Shown: positions 32,080 through 41,673 of the stretch, piece after piece | How positions within the stretch are numbered: position 1 is the stretch's first letter | Layout of the letters: each line of letters starts with the position of its first letter | IMG/VR virus record: IMGVR_UViG_3300037067_002413 | Location: 1 to 64,000 of that record | DNA from: a virus | Taxonomy: Duplodnaviria; Caudoviricetes | Direction: 5' to 3' (one strand) | Length of the DNA: 64,000 nt | Made by a program: the position numbers and the translations under genes | The notes under the pieces: model-generated | The model's input: the letters and a program-made list of their open reading frames with translations, nothing else | Databases searched by the model: none | What the model was told of the DNA's origin: nothing

Positions 32080-33516
32080 ATGAACCCGTGGTATCTTTCT
32101 GTAGCGACTGTTGCCTGTTACGGCATCAGTGTCACCGGCTACGCCGCTGACGCAGGCAATGACGCTTTTATTCCCGAGATGTGGGCCAACGAAGGTTTGG
32201 CTATTCTCGAATCCAACATGGTTATGGCCAATTTGGTCTACCGTGATTTCGAGCCGCAAGTGCAGAACTACGGCGACGTAGTGAACACTCGCCGGCCCGG
32301 TACGTTCGCCATCTCTCGTAAGCGAGACGGCGACACCCTGGTTGCGCAAGAGGCCAACGCCACGAATGTGCGCGTTCCTCTGGACCAGTGGTTCTACACC
32401 AACTTCGTCATCAAGGATGGCGAAGCTACTTTGTCCTTCCAGGATTTGGTGGACGTGTACTTGGTTCCGGGTATGCAGACGATCGCTAAGTCGGTCGATC
32501 GTGCCATCCTCGGCCGTGTCCATGCCTATCTGACCGGAAGCACGAATCGTGCCGGCAAGTTGGGTGGATTGACTTCCGCCAATAGCCAGGACTACGTGCT
32601 CGAAGCCCGTCAACGCCTGAACGAGAATCTCGCTCCGATGCAAGGTCGGAACCTGGTGCTCTCGCCGGCCGCCGAAACCGCTCTCTTGAAGAACACCATG
32701 TTCATCAAGGCCAACGAGCGCGGCGACGGTGGAAGTGCTCTTGAGAATGCGGTCCTTGGTCGCATCCTCGGCTTCAATACCTACCTGGACCAGAACGTGA
32801 ATTCGTACACGTCCGGCGGCGAGACCGAAGCTCTGGCCATTACCGAACCGGAGCCGGCTGGTTACGCAGGCGCGCTGACGATTGCCATCACTGGTGCTGC
32901 TGGCGAGTACCTGGTGATTGACGGCAACGATCAGCCCACGTACATGACCGACGCCACGACTGGCGCGGTGGTCCTCAACGAGGCTCTCAAGTACGCCGTT
33001 CTGGACAATGCCGTGGTTACGCACTACAAGGCTTGTGACGTTGATGCTTCGGCGGAAACGGGCACGACCTTCGCGGCCGGCTACACCAAGCCCATCGCGG
33101 TGGACGGCTTTGCTGCTGGTACTGCACCCCAAGCGGGTCAGTTGATTGCGTTCGGAACCAGCACTCGGCACACCTACACGATTCTCGAAGTGACGACTGT
33201 CAGTTCGACCGCGTGCAAGGTTCTGTTGGATCGTCCGCTGGAGTATGCCGTGGCTGACGCCGCTTTGGCGTTCCCTGGTCCGAAGGGTTCGCTCAACTGG
33301 GCATTCCATAAGGAAGCCATTGCGTTGGTTTCGCGTCCCTTGGCTATGCCGAACAACCGGATGGGCGTGCTCACCCAGGTTGGCGTGCATAACGGAATCT
33401 CGATGCGTGTTGCGATGCAATACGACATCAATCAGGGCGGAACGGTCGTGAATCTCGACCTGCTCTGCGGTGTCGCCGTGTTGGATACTCGTCTCTGCGT
33501 GCCGTTGCTCGGCTAA
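32080..33516 (+). CDS. Major capsid protein (P22 coat-like) with insertion domains
   Basis: IPE.WA...L..L...V...LV.RDFE...GD.V..R.P; G.LGRI.GF..Y..QN; AFHK.A.ALV.RPL. Confidence 0.85.
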   Translation: MNPWYLSVATVACYGISVTGYAADAGNDAFIPEMWANEGLAILESNMVMANLVYRDFEPQVQNYGDVVNTRRPGTFAISRKRDGDTLVAQEANATNVRVPLDQWFYTNFVIKDGEATLSFQDLVDVYLVPGMQTIAKSVDRAILGRVHAYLTGSTNRAGKLGGLTSANSQDYVLEARQRLNENLAPMQGRNLVLSPAAETALLKNTMFIKANERGDGGSALENAVLGRILGFNTYLDQNVNSYTSGGETEALAITEPEPAGYAGALTIAITGAAGEYLVIDGNDQPTYMTDATTGAVVLNEALKYAVLDNAVVTHYKACDVDASAETGTTFAAGYTKPIAVDGFAAGTAPQAGQLIAFGTSTRHTYTILEVTTVSSTACKVLLDRPLEYAVADAALAFPGPKGSLNWAFHKEAIALVSRPLAMPNNRMGVLTQVGVHNGISMRVAMQYDINQGGTVVNLDLLCGVAVLDTRLCVPLLG

Positions 33517-33531
33517 GCGTGTGTTTTCAAT

Positions 33532-33568
33532 CCCCTCGCCTCGGACCTCCGAGGCGAGGGGCCTTTTT
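33532..33568 (+). terminator. Intrinsic terminator after the capsid gene
   Basis: CCCCTCGCCTCGG-acct-CCGAGGCGAGGGG followed by a T run. Confidence 0.85.
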
Positions 33569-33596
33569 CACCCGCCTAGCTAGAGGACACTTTGAT

Positions 33597-33848
33597 ATGC
33601 CTACCTTGTTTGCTTCCGGCGAGTTTTCGGACGCCATATTGCTAATCAAGCAATTCGGTCCCTTTCTGCTCGCTGTCGTGTTTTTCCTCTGGCGCGATTA
33701 CAAACGCGAAGACCGTCTTTCCAATCGGTTAGACCATTTGGAGGACGAACAGCGGGAGGTAATTCTTCCGCTGGTAAAAGACTGCTCGATCATCATTGCC
33801 AAGAATACAGCCGTGATGGAGCGAATCGAAAAGTATCTTGACCGTTAG
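33597..33848 (+). CDS. Small single-TM protein, holin-like
   Basis: QFGP..L..FFLWRDYKRE..L followed by a coiled coil. Confidence 0.45.
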   Translation: MPTLFASGEFSDAILLIKQFGPFLLAVVFFLWRDYKREDRLSNRLDHLEDEQREVILPLVKDCSIIIAKNTAVMERIEKYLDR

Positions 33849-33856
33849 GAACTGCC

Positions 33857-34441
33857 ATGCGTCCACCCATCAATCGCAATCTCAATCAACGGATTCGGCA
33901 GGCACTCTATCAGTTGAAGAAAGACTATGGCGCGCCTATCGACATCTACAAGTTGGTGTCGAGTGAGACGAATGTAAGGACGGGCGAGAAAGTCATCACC
34001 AAGACCGTGACGCATGTGCGAAGAGCGGTCGTTGTGCCCGCAAGGATTGATCGAGTCGCTCAACGAACGATCTCGATCATTTCGGCGAACAAACAGTTCG
34101 TCACCGGCGGAACCTACGATGCAAGTCAACGCGACTTCATCATCGACCGCCGCGATGTACCAGCACTACCGGAACTCAGTGCTGACGATTGGATTATTTA
34201 CAACAATCGCAAGTACCAGGTCAAGACAGTAGAAGCCTTTGAGGTTGACGCCGGCTGGGTCGTTTCGGCCCGTGAGTTGGTTGGCGAAGTGCCCGAGTTG
34301 TTCCTTGAGGAACGTGTGAAATCCACACTTGCTCTCACGCCCGCCCAGCAAATGGTCGGCGAACTCTCGGAGAAAGTCTTCCGCGTTGCGTCCAATGAGA
34401 CCCTTGACCTTCAACACAGTGCTGTTGCGGCTACGGAGTAA
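33857..34441 (+). CDS. Head closure / neck protein (putative)
   Basis: Position and beta-rich D.I.YN.RKY.V motif. Confidence 0.5.
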   Translation: MRPPINRNLNQRIRQALYQLKKDYGAPIDIYKLVSSETNVRTGEKVITKTVTHVRRAVVVPARIDRVAQRTISIISANKQFVTGGTYDASQRDFIIDRRDVPALPELSADDWIIYNNRKYQVKTVEAFEVDAGWVVSARELVGEVPELFLEERVKSTLALTPAQQMVGELSEKVFRVASNETLDLQHSAVAATE

Positions 34442-34446
34442 GCCGA

Positions 34447-34893
34447 ATGGCTAGACGAAAACGAACTACCTCAGAGTTGCAGCAGATGCGCCTTCTAAAA
34501 GGCCAAGAAACGTCAGATACGCGGGTTTGCACAATCTGCCTCACACTCAAACCATTATCACTCTTTCCAAAGAAGAGCAATATGCGTAAGGGTGTAAGTT
34601 CAACCTACAAACAATGCGAAAATGATACTCGCATCCGGCGTCGATTTGGAATTACAAATGCTGACTATCAACGAATTCTGAATAGTCAGGATGGTAGATG
34701 TGCAATTTGTAAATCACCTTCTGCCAAATATACGGTTCGTTTTCACATTGACCACGATCATGCCTCCGGGCGTGTGAGAGGTCTTTTATGCTCGGATTGT
34801 AACACAGGCATTGGCCTATTTCGGGATAGCATTCCTTTGCTATCCGGTGCCATTGCTTATCTCTCTAAACAGGAGGGTGGCAATGTCTGCTAA
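34447..34893 (+). CDS. Endonuclease VII-like HNH homing endonuclease
   Basis: FGIT..DY...L..Q.G.CAIC; IDHDH..G.VRGLLC..CN.GIG.F.DS. Confidence 0.9.
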   Translation: MARRKRTTSELQQMRLLKGQETSDTRVCTICLTLKPLSLFPKKSNMRKGVSSTYKQCENDTRIRRRFGITNADYQRILNSQDGRCAICKSPSAKYTVRFHIDHDHASGRVRGLLCSDCNTGIGLFRDSIPLLSGAIAYLSKQEGGNVC

Positions 34894-35398
34894 CAAAAAC
34901 TGGGCGCGCTGGATTTTCCATTCGGTAGCCAGCCAACTAAAAGAGGTTGCTACTGATGCCAATTTGCCAGTCCTCATCGAACATTTCGACGAGCGCACCG
35001 CCTCTTTCGAGCGTGCGACTGACAAAGCGGAAATCCGCATTACCGGACCTTTCGATCAGGAACTATCGAAGGGTTATCACCGCATCTATGTGGATGTCAA
35101 CGTGTTGCTGACCAGTCGTTACGACGGGGCCAGCAAGAACGCTGCCACCATCCTCAAGAACGCGGGTTTATTCCACGAGGCGATGTCCGAGCCAATTCCG
35201 GTTTACAACTTCGGCGGCGAACCAGGCGATTACGTCGAAGCGGACTCCTCTTCACAAGTGTTTTTGGGTTGCCTTACCCCACGGCCTGGGCGAAACGATA
35301 GTGTGCGAGTTATGAACTTCGGTCAATTGGATAATGTTGACAAAATTAAACAGACCGAAGTTGATGCCCGCTTTGTGATGGAGTTGATTGAACCCTAA
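34883..35398 (+). CDS. Tail completion/terminator protein (putative)
   Basis: Position before the major tail protein; GGAGG RBS. Confidence 0.5.
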   Translation: MSANKNWARWIFHSVASQLKEVATDANLPVLIEHFDERTASFERATDKAEIRITGPFDQELSKGYHRIYVDVNVLLTSRYDGASKNAATILKNAGLFHEAMSEPIPVYNFGGEPGDYVEADSSSQVFLGCLTPRPGRNDSVRVMNFGQLDNVDKIKQTEVDARFVMELIEP

Positions 35399-35419
35399 CC
35401 TTTGCCAGTGGAGTAACCT

Positions 35420-36484
35420 ATGGCCAGGATTGATTTACGAAATTGTACCATCCTTCTTCGGGATGGTTTGGCGGGCACTGCCGCAAGTGCCAAGAAGACA
35501 AACGAAAAACAAACGATCACGGTGACCGACGCCACCAGCGGCACGTTTACTGTGACCTACGCGACTAAGGAAACCGGCGTTTTGCCGTGGAACTTGACGC
35601 CTGCTCAATTGCAGTCTGCCCTCGAAGGGCTGACTTCGATTGGCGAAAATAACGTGAGTGTCACCGGCACGGCTGGAGTCAGTTACGTTGTGGAGTTCAT
35701 TGGCACCCTGGGCGAGACGAGTTTGGCTCTGATGACCATCGACGATACGCTCGTCACTGGTGGTGCCGGGGTCGAAGTCACAATTGCCGAGACCGTTGAC
35801 GGTGGAACTGGAAGTGCTCCGGCTCAGACCAATACTAGCCTGTCGATTGGCACTGTTGCATTGAATTCGATCGACCCGGACCTAGTGCCCGTGGGTGCTC
35901 GATTCACGATCGCTGGCGAAGCCGTTGCTACGACCAAGCATGTGGTCACGGCACGGACGCCGGCTAGCACCAGCCCGACAACCAGCATTACGTTTACGCC
36001 GGCTCTTGGTGCTCCGGCGACTTCGTACTCGACCGGCGCGGTGCTGACGTTTGAGGCCAATGAGGTTGAGATTACCATCGGCGATGGCGATCTCAAGTAT
36101 ACGGAAGCCGACCAGTTCAAGTACGACTTGGATCGAGGCGAACTCGATACCGTGCGCCGTGGCGACGACCAGCCGATGGAAGTCACCACGAATTTCACCT
36201 TTGACCAGGTGAAGTCCGGCACCGGCGAAGCGATCACTCCGATCGAAGCCCTCAAGGGCACCGGCGCGGCCTCCGAATGGGTCACGTCGTCTTCCGACTT
36301 GTGCGAGCCGTATGCGGTGGATGTGGTGGTTAATGACGTGCGGCCTTGCGGCAGTGCGGCTTCGTCCACGTACACGTTCCCCGATTTCCGTAGTGAGAAG
36401 CGCGATTACGACATTAAGAATGCGACGATCGCGGTCTCTGGGAAGTGCAATGCGTTGGAACCCATTATCGTTCGTGGCGCATAA
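35420..36484 (+). CDS. Major tail protein with an inserted NEKQ domain
   Basis: Position upstream of chaperone and tape measure; T/G/A-rich; one NEKQTITV domain. Confidence 0.65.
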   Translation: MARIDLRNCTILLRDGLAGTAASAKKTNEKQTITVTDATSGTFTVTYATKETGVLPWNLTPAQLQSALEGLTSIGENNVSVTGTAGVSYVVEFIGTLGETSLALMTIDDTLVTGGAGVEVTIAETVDGGTGSAPAQTNTSLSIGTVALNSIDPDLVPVGARFTIAGEAVATTKHVVTARTPASTSPTTSITFTPALGAPATSYSTGAVLTFEANEVEITIGDGDLKYTEADQFKYDLDRGELDTVRRGDDQPMEVTTNFTFDQVKSGTGEAITPIEALKGTGAASEWVTSSSDLCEPYAVDVVVNDVRPCGSAASSTYTFPDFRSEKRDYDIKNATIAVSGKCNALEPIIVRGA

Positions 36485-36554
36485 CAGTGTGCTTTAGGCG
36501 GTGCCGGCATTGATTGCCGGCACCGCATTATTTTATCTTGCAAGGGAGATTTGT

Positions 36555-37028
36555 ATGAAGATTGGTGGAATTGAAACCTCGACCCTTCCGGTTGAGGAAG
36601 TGTTGGTTTTGCCGCGCGGCGACGAGAATCTTATTTTTCGCGCCACTGGCATGAAGGACATGGAGACCTTTAAGAGGCTTTGTCCCGAGCCGGAACCGCC
36701 CAAGAAACTGATGAAGGGCGGCGTGACGGTTGCGGATGTTGAGGACAAGGGATACAAGGAAGCCTTAACAAACTTCCACAAGTATCGTATGGCTTACATC
36801 GTCGTCAATTCGCTTATTCCAAGTCAGATTGAATGGGATACGGTGAACGTCAACGACCCCGCATCGTGGACGAATTGGGACGTTGATCTCAAGAAGGCCG
36901 GCCTTTCCGAGTTCGAGTGCAGTCGCGTTCTGGGCTTGGTGTTGGAAGCGAACTGCTTGGATGAAACCAAGTTGCGGAAGGCCCGCGAGGTTTTTCTACG
37001 TGGGACGCCGGAAGCGCAAGTCGCTTAA
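36555..37028 (+). CDS. Tail assembly chaperone (G-like), with probable -1 frameshift extension to 37231
   Basis: Position; G GTT TTT at 36989-36995; -1 frame open to TAA 37229-37231. Confidence 0.65.
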   Translation: MKIGGIETSTLPVEEVLVLPRGDENLIFRATGMKDMETFKRLCPEPEPPKKLMKGGVTVADVEDKGYKEALTNFHKYRMAYIVVNSLIPSQIEWDTVNVNDPASWTNWDVDLKKAGLSEFECSRVLGLVLEANCLDETKLRKAREVFLRGTPEAQVA

Positions 37029-37241
37029 TTTGGCCGGAATATCACACCGGAATGTACGCCGTTTGGAAAGCGTGCCTTCGGGTTGGCATACGTCCGCCGG
37101 GAATCCCTGAGTCATGGGATGACTGCGGAGTTGTCATGCAAGCGATGATTCTGGCTTTCGATCAGACCTGTTCGCACGACGAGGATGAACGTGCGGTGCA
37201 AATGCCAGGGGCAGGGATGCCCTTGGGGTAAGGTACACACC

Positions 37242-37781
37242 ATGCACTTTTCAGGCACCTTTCGACTTCCCAAAGTTGACATGAATGAATTTAACAAGTT
37301 GCTTGACGAGCGACTTGTGAGGGCTATCACGCAAGGAGCGCGGGAGTGGCTAACGGCAGTCATTGAGGATTCCACGCCACGGGTAGGGATGCCTGTTTGG
37401 AGTGCGGCATCTCGCGCAACCTTTTCACCACTGGCAAGCCAGGCGGAATTTGCCCTTGGCTATGCACCCGTACCCGATGCACCCAATCGCATTGATATGG
37501 GAATCGGCGCGAGTCCCGGCGACAACGGCACGTTTGAGCGTGGCGAGACGCCTGGCATGTATTCGTTCACCTACAGTACGAGTTTGCGTCACCTGATTAT
37601 CAACGAATACAATAATGCCAACACGTTTCTCAACAAAGATGGAAAGCAATACTTTCATCTTACGGACCCTGGACCGTATCACTTCCAGGAAAAGGGTAAG
37701 GCGGCATTTCTAAAATATGCCGCCACTGTATCACTTCCCGACGTTCCGGTATTCACCGCTACCACGATTACGATAGGCTAG
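37242..37781 (+). CDS. Hypothetical virion protein
   Basis: Lies between chaperone and tape measure. Confidence 0.5.
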   Translation: MHFSGTFRLPKVDMNEFNKLLDERLVRAITQGAREWLTAVIEDSTPRVGMPVWSAASRATFSPLASQAEFALGYAPVPDAPNRIDMGIGASPGDNGTFERGETPGMYSFTYSTSLRHLIINEYNNANTFLNKDGKQYFHLTDPGPYHFQEKGKAAFLKYAATVSLPDVPVFTATTITIG

Positions 37782-37785
37782 CAAA

Positions 37786-40700
37786 ATGGCTGACGAAGGC
37801 GTAATTCGACAGAAACTCGGTTTCGACGCACAAGAAGCGATCGACGAACTGGCGAAACTGAATACGGCACTTTCCACGTTGGGCACCCAACTGGGAGGCA
37901 TGGGGGGTGCATTGAGTTCGTTCAACTCAAGTGCCAGCCAGACTGTTTCTTCGCTCAAGCAAATGTCAACGGCGGCGGAAACTACGCTTGCATCCATGAG
38001 CAAGTTATCCAGCGGAACTGGCGGCAATGTCAATTCGGCGTTGGGCATGGGTAAAGTTACCGAGAGCATCAAGCAGATGCAGAACGCCGCGAATCTTGGA
38101 TTGGGCACTTATAGTGGTGCATTGACCGCGATGTCAAGCCAAACCAGGACCGCTTCGTCTTCGATTGTAGAAGCCACCGGGCGGACGAACGAATGGGTTG
38201 TTAGCTGGAATACTCTGAGCCGGGTCATAATGACCCAGTTCATCGTTCGGGCATTGAGTCAAATCCGCGATGCCTTTTCGGAGGCATACACTTCTGCACT
38301 GGCTTTCTCAAAAGCGGTGAGCGAAATTCATGCCATCAACCCGGAGCGCAGCTTTGGGGAGATTGCTGACAGTATCCGTAAGGTATCGGACGCTTTCAAC
38401 CAACCGTTGAGTCGCGTTGCCGAAGCCAACTATCAGATCATTTCCGATCAATTCGTGAAGGTTGCCGATCAGGCCAACATTATGACTGCCGCCAATGCGT
38501 TGGCGAAGGTTGGTGCTGACGATCTTGCGGCATCCGCGCAACTCCTAACTGGTGCCTTGAATGCCTACGGCGAATCGTCGGATATGGCGGGGATTCGCGC
38601 TGCGCAGTTCTTTACATCAGTAAACTTAGGCCGATTCCGCATGGCTGAATTAGGAACGGCAATGGGGCGTGTTCAGTCCATTTCCCACGAAATGGGTATC
38701 AGCATGGAGGAAGTGCAAGCCTCCTTGATTGCTATAACAATCGGCGGCGTCAAGGCAAGTGAAGCTGCCACGCAACTGCGTAGCATGATGACTGCGTTGA
38801 TGAAGCCATCAGAAGCTATGACCAAGGCTTTGCATCAAATTGGTGCAGACTCCGGTCAGGCTGCTATTGCAACATGGGATTGGTATGGTGCATTGGAAAA
38901 ACTTCGTGGAACGACGGATGGATCGGCCGCCGCGATGGCAAAGTTGATTCCCAATGTTCGTGGTGTTGCAGGTGCCATGCGTATATTAGGCGAAGGTGCT
39001 AAGGCTTATAAGGAGTCCTTGGAGACACTTAAACAGCAGGACTTGAGCACGCTCCAGAAGCAACTCAAGGATTTTATGAATACACCTGCCGAACAATTGA
39101 CTAAGGAGTTAAACAAACTTGCTAACTACTTTACGGTAGATTTTGGCTTGAAGATGATTAGTATGCTTAATACCCTGATTCAATTGATCGGTGGTGGAGG
39201 CGGACTCATTGGCATATTTAATACTTTGGGCACTGTAGCGACTGCGGCAACATTTGTCGGTTTAGTTGCTGGCCTTGCTAAGTTGTATGAATGGTCTAAC
39301 TTCTCCGTGGTAGGTTTTGCAAAACTCCGAATGGGGATAGGGTCAGTTATACCAAATGTACTGTCTCTCCGTGGCGCATTGGCTACGTTGGCTTTGTTTG
39401 AGGTTGCCGCGCTTGTTGGAAATAAGATTGGCACCTGGATTCAGGAGTCGATTGCTGCTCCACAGGAGGCTATTCGGACTGCTTTGGACGCACAAATCAA
39501 AATGCGAGAGGCACAAACTGCCGCTACCATTCGGCTAGAACAAACCAAGTCTACAGAATCCATTCAGATTTTACGACAACATTTTGCAGCAGCTAACGCA
39601 CTCTACTTGAAAGATGTTGAGAATTATAAATCGGCGATGAAGGTGCAAGTCGATTCTGTTAAGAATTCCTTCGACAAGATCATGCAGATGCGTTACAAGC
39701 TAACGCAGGAACTTGGTGCCCAGGCCGAGGCCGCATCGAAGAGAGCTATTTCTAACGATCAGAAGGTAGCCGAAAACAAGCAGAAGATGGAAGATCGGAC
39801 GTTCAATACCAATCTGGCTGAACGTAATCTTAGTCCCGAGTGGCAGTATCAAGAAGAAGTCAATCGGATGCGGCAGATTGCCGATCAAGCCGCCAAACTT
39901 CAAGCAACCGCCAAGGATTCCGATCAACAAAAACTTGCCGACGACGAATGGAGACGCGCCGAGGCTTATGCTCAGATGGCTGAACAGTCCGCTAAGGCGA
40001 GCGGTAACATCAACCTTCAACGGGAAGCTGCTAGGTCAATTAACGATTTGACTCAGAAGCAAAACGACGCTCTCAACAAGCAGTCGCAGATGGAGAGACA
40101 GATCGCCAAGGACATGGAAGCCCGACAGCGCGAAGCCGAGAAGAATAATGCTTCGCTGGAACGCGATCGAGATGCCATCGAGAAGAAACTGATCGCGTAT
40201 GCTAAGAGCGACACTGGGGAAACAGTCGAGAAGACTAGCCAACAGAAGAAAGCCGACTTGGCTGAGTCCTACCAGATGATTCAGGACTTCATCCAGAAGG
40301 TCCAAACCACTACTAAGGGCGATTTCCTCAAGAACTACATGGGTGATGCAGGTGCTTTCAAGCAGATGCAGCGCGATGTAGAACACCTGTTGTCAAGCAC
40401 CTATCTCAAGGAGTTGAAAGCGGCACCCGAGGCGATGGCCATGCTGCGTACTCAACTCCAGGAAAGCCTTGATAAGGCTGGACTCACCGTTCCGGTAATA
40501 GCCAAACTCGAAAAGTATACTGGAAAAGAAGCAATCATCGACGGTGTAAACGCCGTGTTTAATGCGGCTGAGAAACGGTTGCATGACTATACGGCTCAGG
40601 CGGAAAAGTATGCGGGCGGGCTTGCGAAGCAACAAGATGCCAGGAATTCCTACAACGAAGCTAGGAAGTCTATTGACAATACCCCGATGACTCCTGCAAT

Positions 40701-41625
40701 TGGAGTTGAGGGTCGAGGTTACTCGGTCGAGCAGGCTTTGGCGATAAATGTTGCACAAGATCAAGTTCGCAAACTTGTGGCTGAGATGGATAAACTCAGC
40801 AAGGCCACTAGCATGTCAGATTTGGAGCTTGCTCAGTTTAGTAAAGACCTAAAGAATTACGATTTGGATAAGGCATTTCCCAATTTTATAAATGCTGGCG
40901 CGCGTGAGAAATATAATCAAGCGATTCAGTCGATGATCCACTCTCTTGAAGAACTTAATAAGGCTCAAAGAGAGTCAGGCACAGAAGTTCCTGAGAAGGA
41001 ACGTAAGGAAGCCGAGACAATCCAAGGGACGATTGACGAAATCCGATTGAAAAAGGAAATACTTGGTCAGTCGGCTGATACCATGCAACGAGAGACGACT
41101 GCCGCTGATGCTGGGAAATTAGCAATCGACAGTCAGTTTACTTCGGTCAATAGTGGTCTTGGTGCAGTTGCTACCCTTGAGCAGTCTTGGTGGCGTGTTG
41201 AAGCTGCGGCTCGTGCTGCGGCTGCGGCTGCTGCTGCGGCTTCATTGGCTAGTAGCGGCGGTGGCAGCAGTGGCGGTGACAGTTACGACTACAGTGGGGG
41301 CGGAGGAGAAGGATACGTCGCTCTGGGTGGTCTGATCCGTCACTTCGATGTTGGAGGTTTTGTTCCACGCGGTACGGATACCGTGCCAGCCATGCTTAGT
41401 CCCGGCGAGTTCGTGATGAATCGTGGTGCCACCCAACGGTGGTTCTCGCATCTTGTCGCCATGAATGCTGGTAGTAATGCGTCCTACCGATCGCAGGGAG
41501 GCAACGTGGCCAACGTCAATGTTGGCGACATCAACATCAATGGTTCGGCTCAACCGCGCGAGACCGGCCGTGAAGTCTTGAAAGTCATCAAGCGTGAATT
41601 GCGGCGCGGCACGAGTGTTTTGTAA
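37786..41625 (+). CDS. Tape measure protein
   Basis: 1279 aa, Ala-rich helical; G..ASEAAT.LRS....L.KP core; C-terminal GTDTVPAMLSPGEFVMN. Confidence 0.9.
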   Translation: MADEGVIRQKLGFDAQEAIDELAKLNTALSTLGTQLGGMGGALSSFNSSASQTVSSLKQMSTAAETTLASMSKLSSGTGGNVNSALGMGKVTESIKQMQNAANLGLGTYSGALTAMSSQTRTASSSIVEATGRTNEWVVSWNTLSRVIMTQFIVRALSQIRDAFSEAYTSALAFSKAVSEIHAINPERSFGEIADSIRKVSDAFNQPLSRVAEANYQIISDQFVKVADQANIMTAANALAKVGADDLAASAQLLTGALNAYGESSDMAGIRAAQFFTSVNLGRFRMAELGTAMGRVQSISHEMGISMEEVQASLIAITIGGVKASEAATQLRSMMTALMKPSEAMTKALHQIGADSGQAAIATWDWYGALEKLRGTTDGSAAAMAKLIPNVRGVAGAMRILGEGAKAYKESLETLKQQDLSTLQKQLKDFMNTPAEQLTKELNKLANYFTVDFGLKMISMLNTLIQLIGGGGGLIGIFNTLGTVATAATFVGLVAGLAKLYEWSNFSVVGFAKLRMGIGSVIPNVLSLRGALATLALFEVAALVGNKIGTWIQESIAAPQEAIRTALDAQIKMREAQTAATIRLEQTKSTESIQILRQHFAAANALYLKDVENYKSAMKVQVDSVKNSFDKIMQMRYKLTQELGAQAEAASKRAISNDQKVAENKQKMEDRTFNTNLAERNLSPEWQYQEEVNRMRQIADQAAKLQATAKDSDQQKLADDEWRRAEAYAQMAEQSAKASGNINLQREAARSINDLTQKQNDALNKQSQMERQIAKDMEARQREAEKNNASLERDRDAIEKKLIAYAKSDTGETVEKTSQQKKADLAESYQMIQDFIQKVQTTTKGDFLKNYMGDAGAFKQMQRDVEHLLSSTYLKELKAAPEAMAMLRTQLQESLDKAGLTVPVIAKLEKYTGKEAIIDGVNAVFNAAEKRLHDYTAQAEKYAGGLAKQQDARNSYNEARKSIDNTPMTPAIGVEGRGYSVEQALAINVAQDQVRKLVAEMDKLSKATSMSDLELAQFSKDLKNYDLDKAFPNFINAGAREKYNQAIQSMIHSLEELNKAQRESGTEVPEKERKEAETIQGTIDEIRLKKEILGQSADTMQRETTAADAGKLAIDSQFTSVNSGLGAVATLEQSWWRVEAAARAAAAAAAAASLASSGGGSSGGDSYDYSGGGGEGYVALGGLIRHFDVGGFVPRGTDTVPAMLSPGEFVMNRGATQRWFSHLVAMNAGSNASYRSQGGNVANVNVGDININGSAQPRETGREVLKVIKRELRRGTSVL

Positions 41626-41673
41626 GTCTTTCTGGCAGGGTTTCTCCTGCCATCCACCAATAGGGAGAATCCC

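Noticed and set aside
32017-33420. Long antisense ORFs opposite the capsid, helicase and other genes
   Set aside because: Shadow ORFs expected from codon bias; no recognisable motifs
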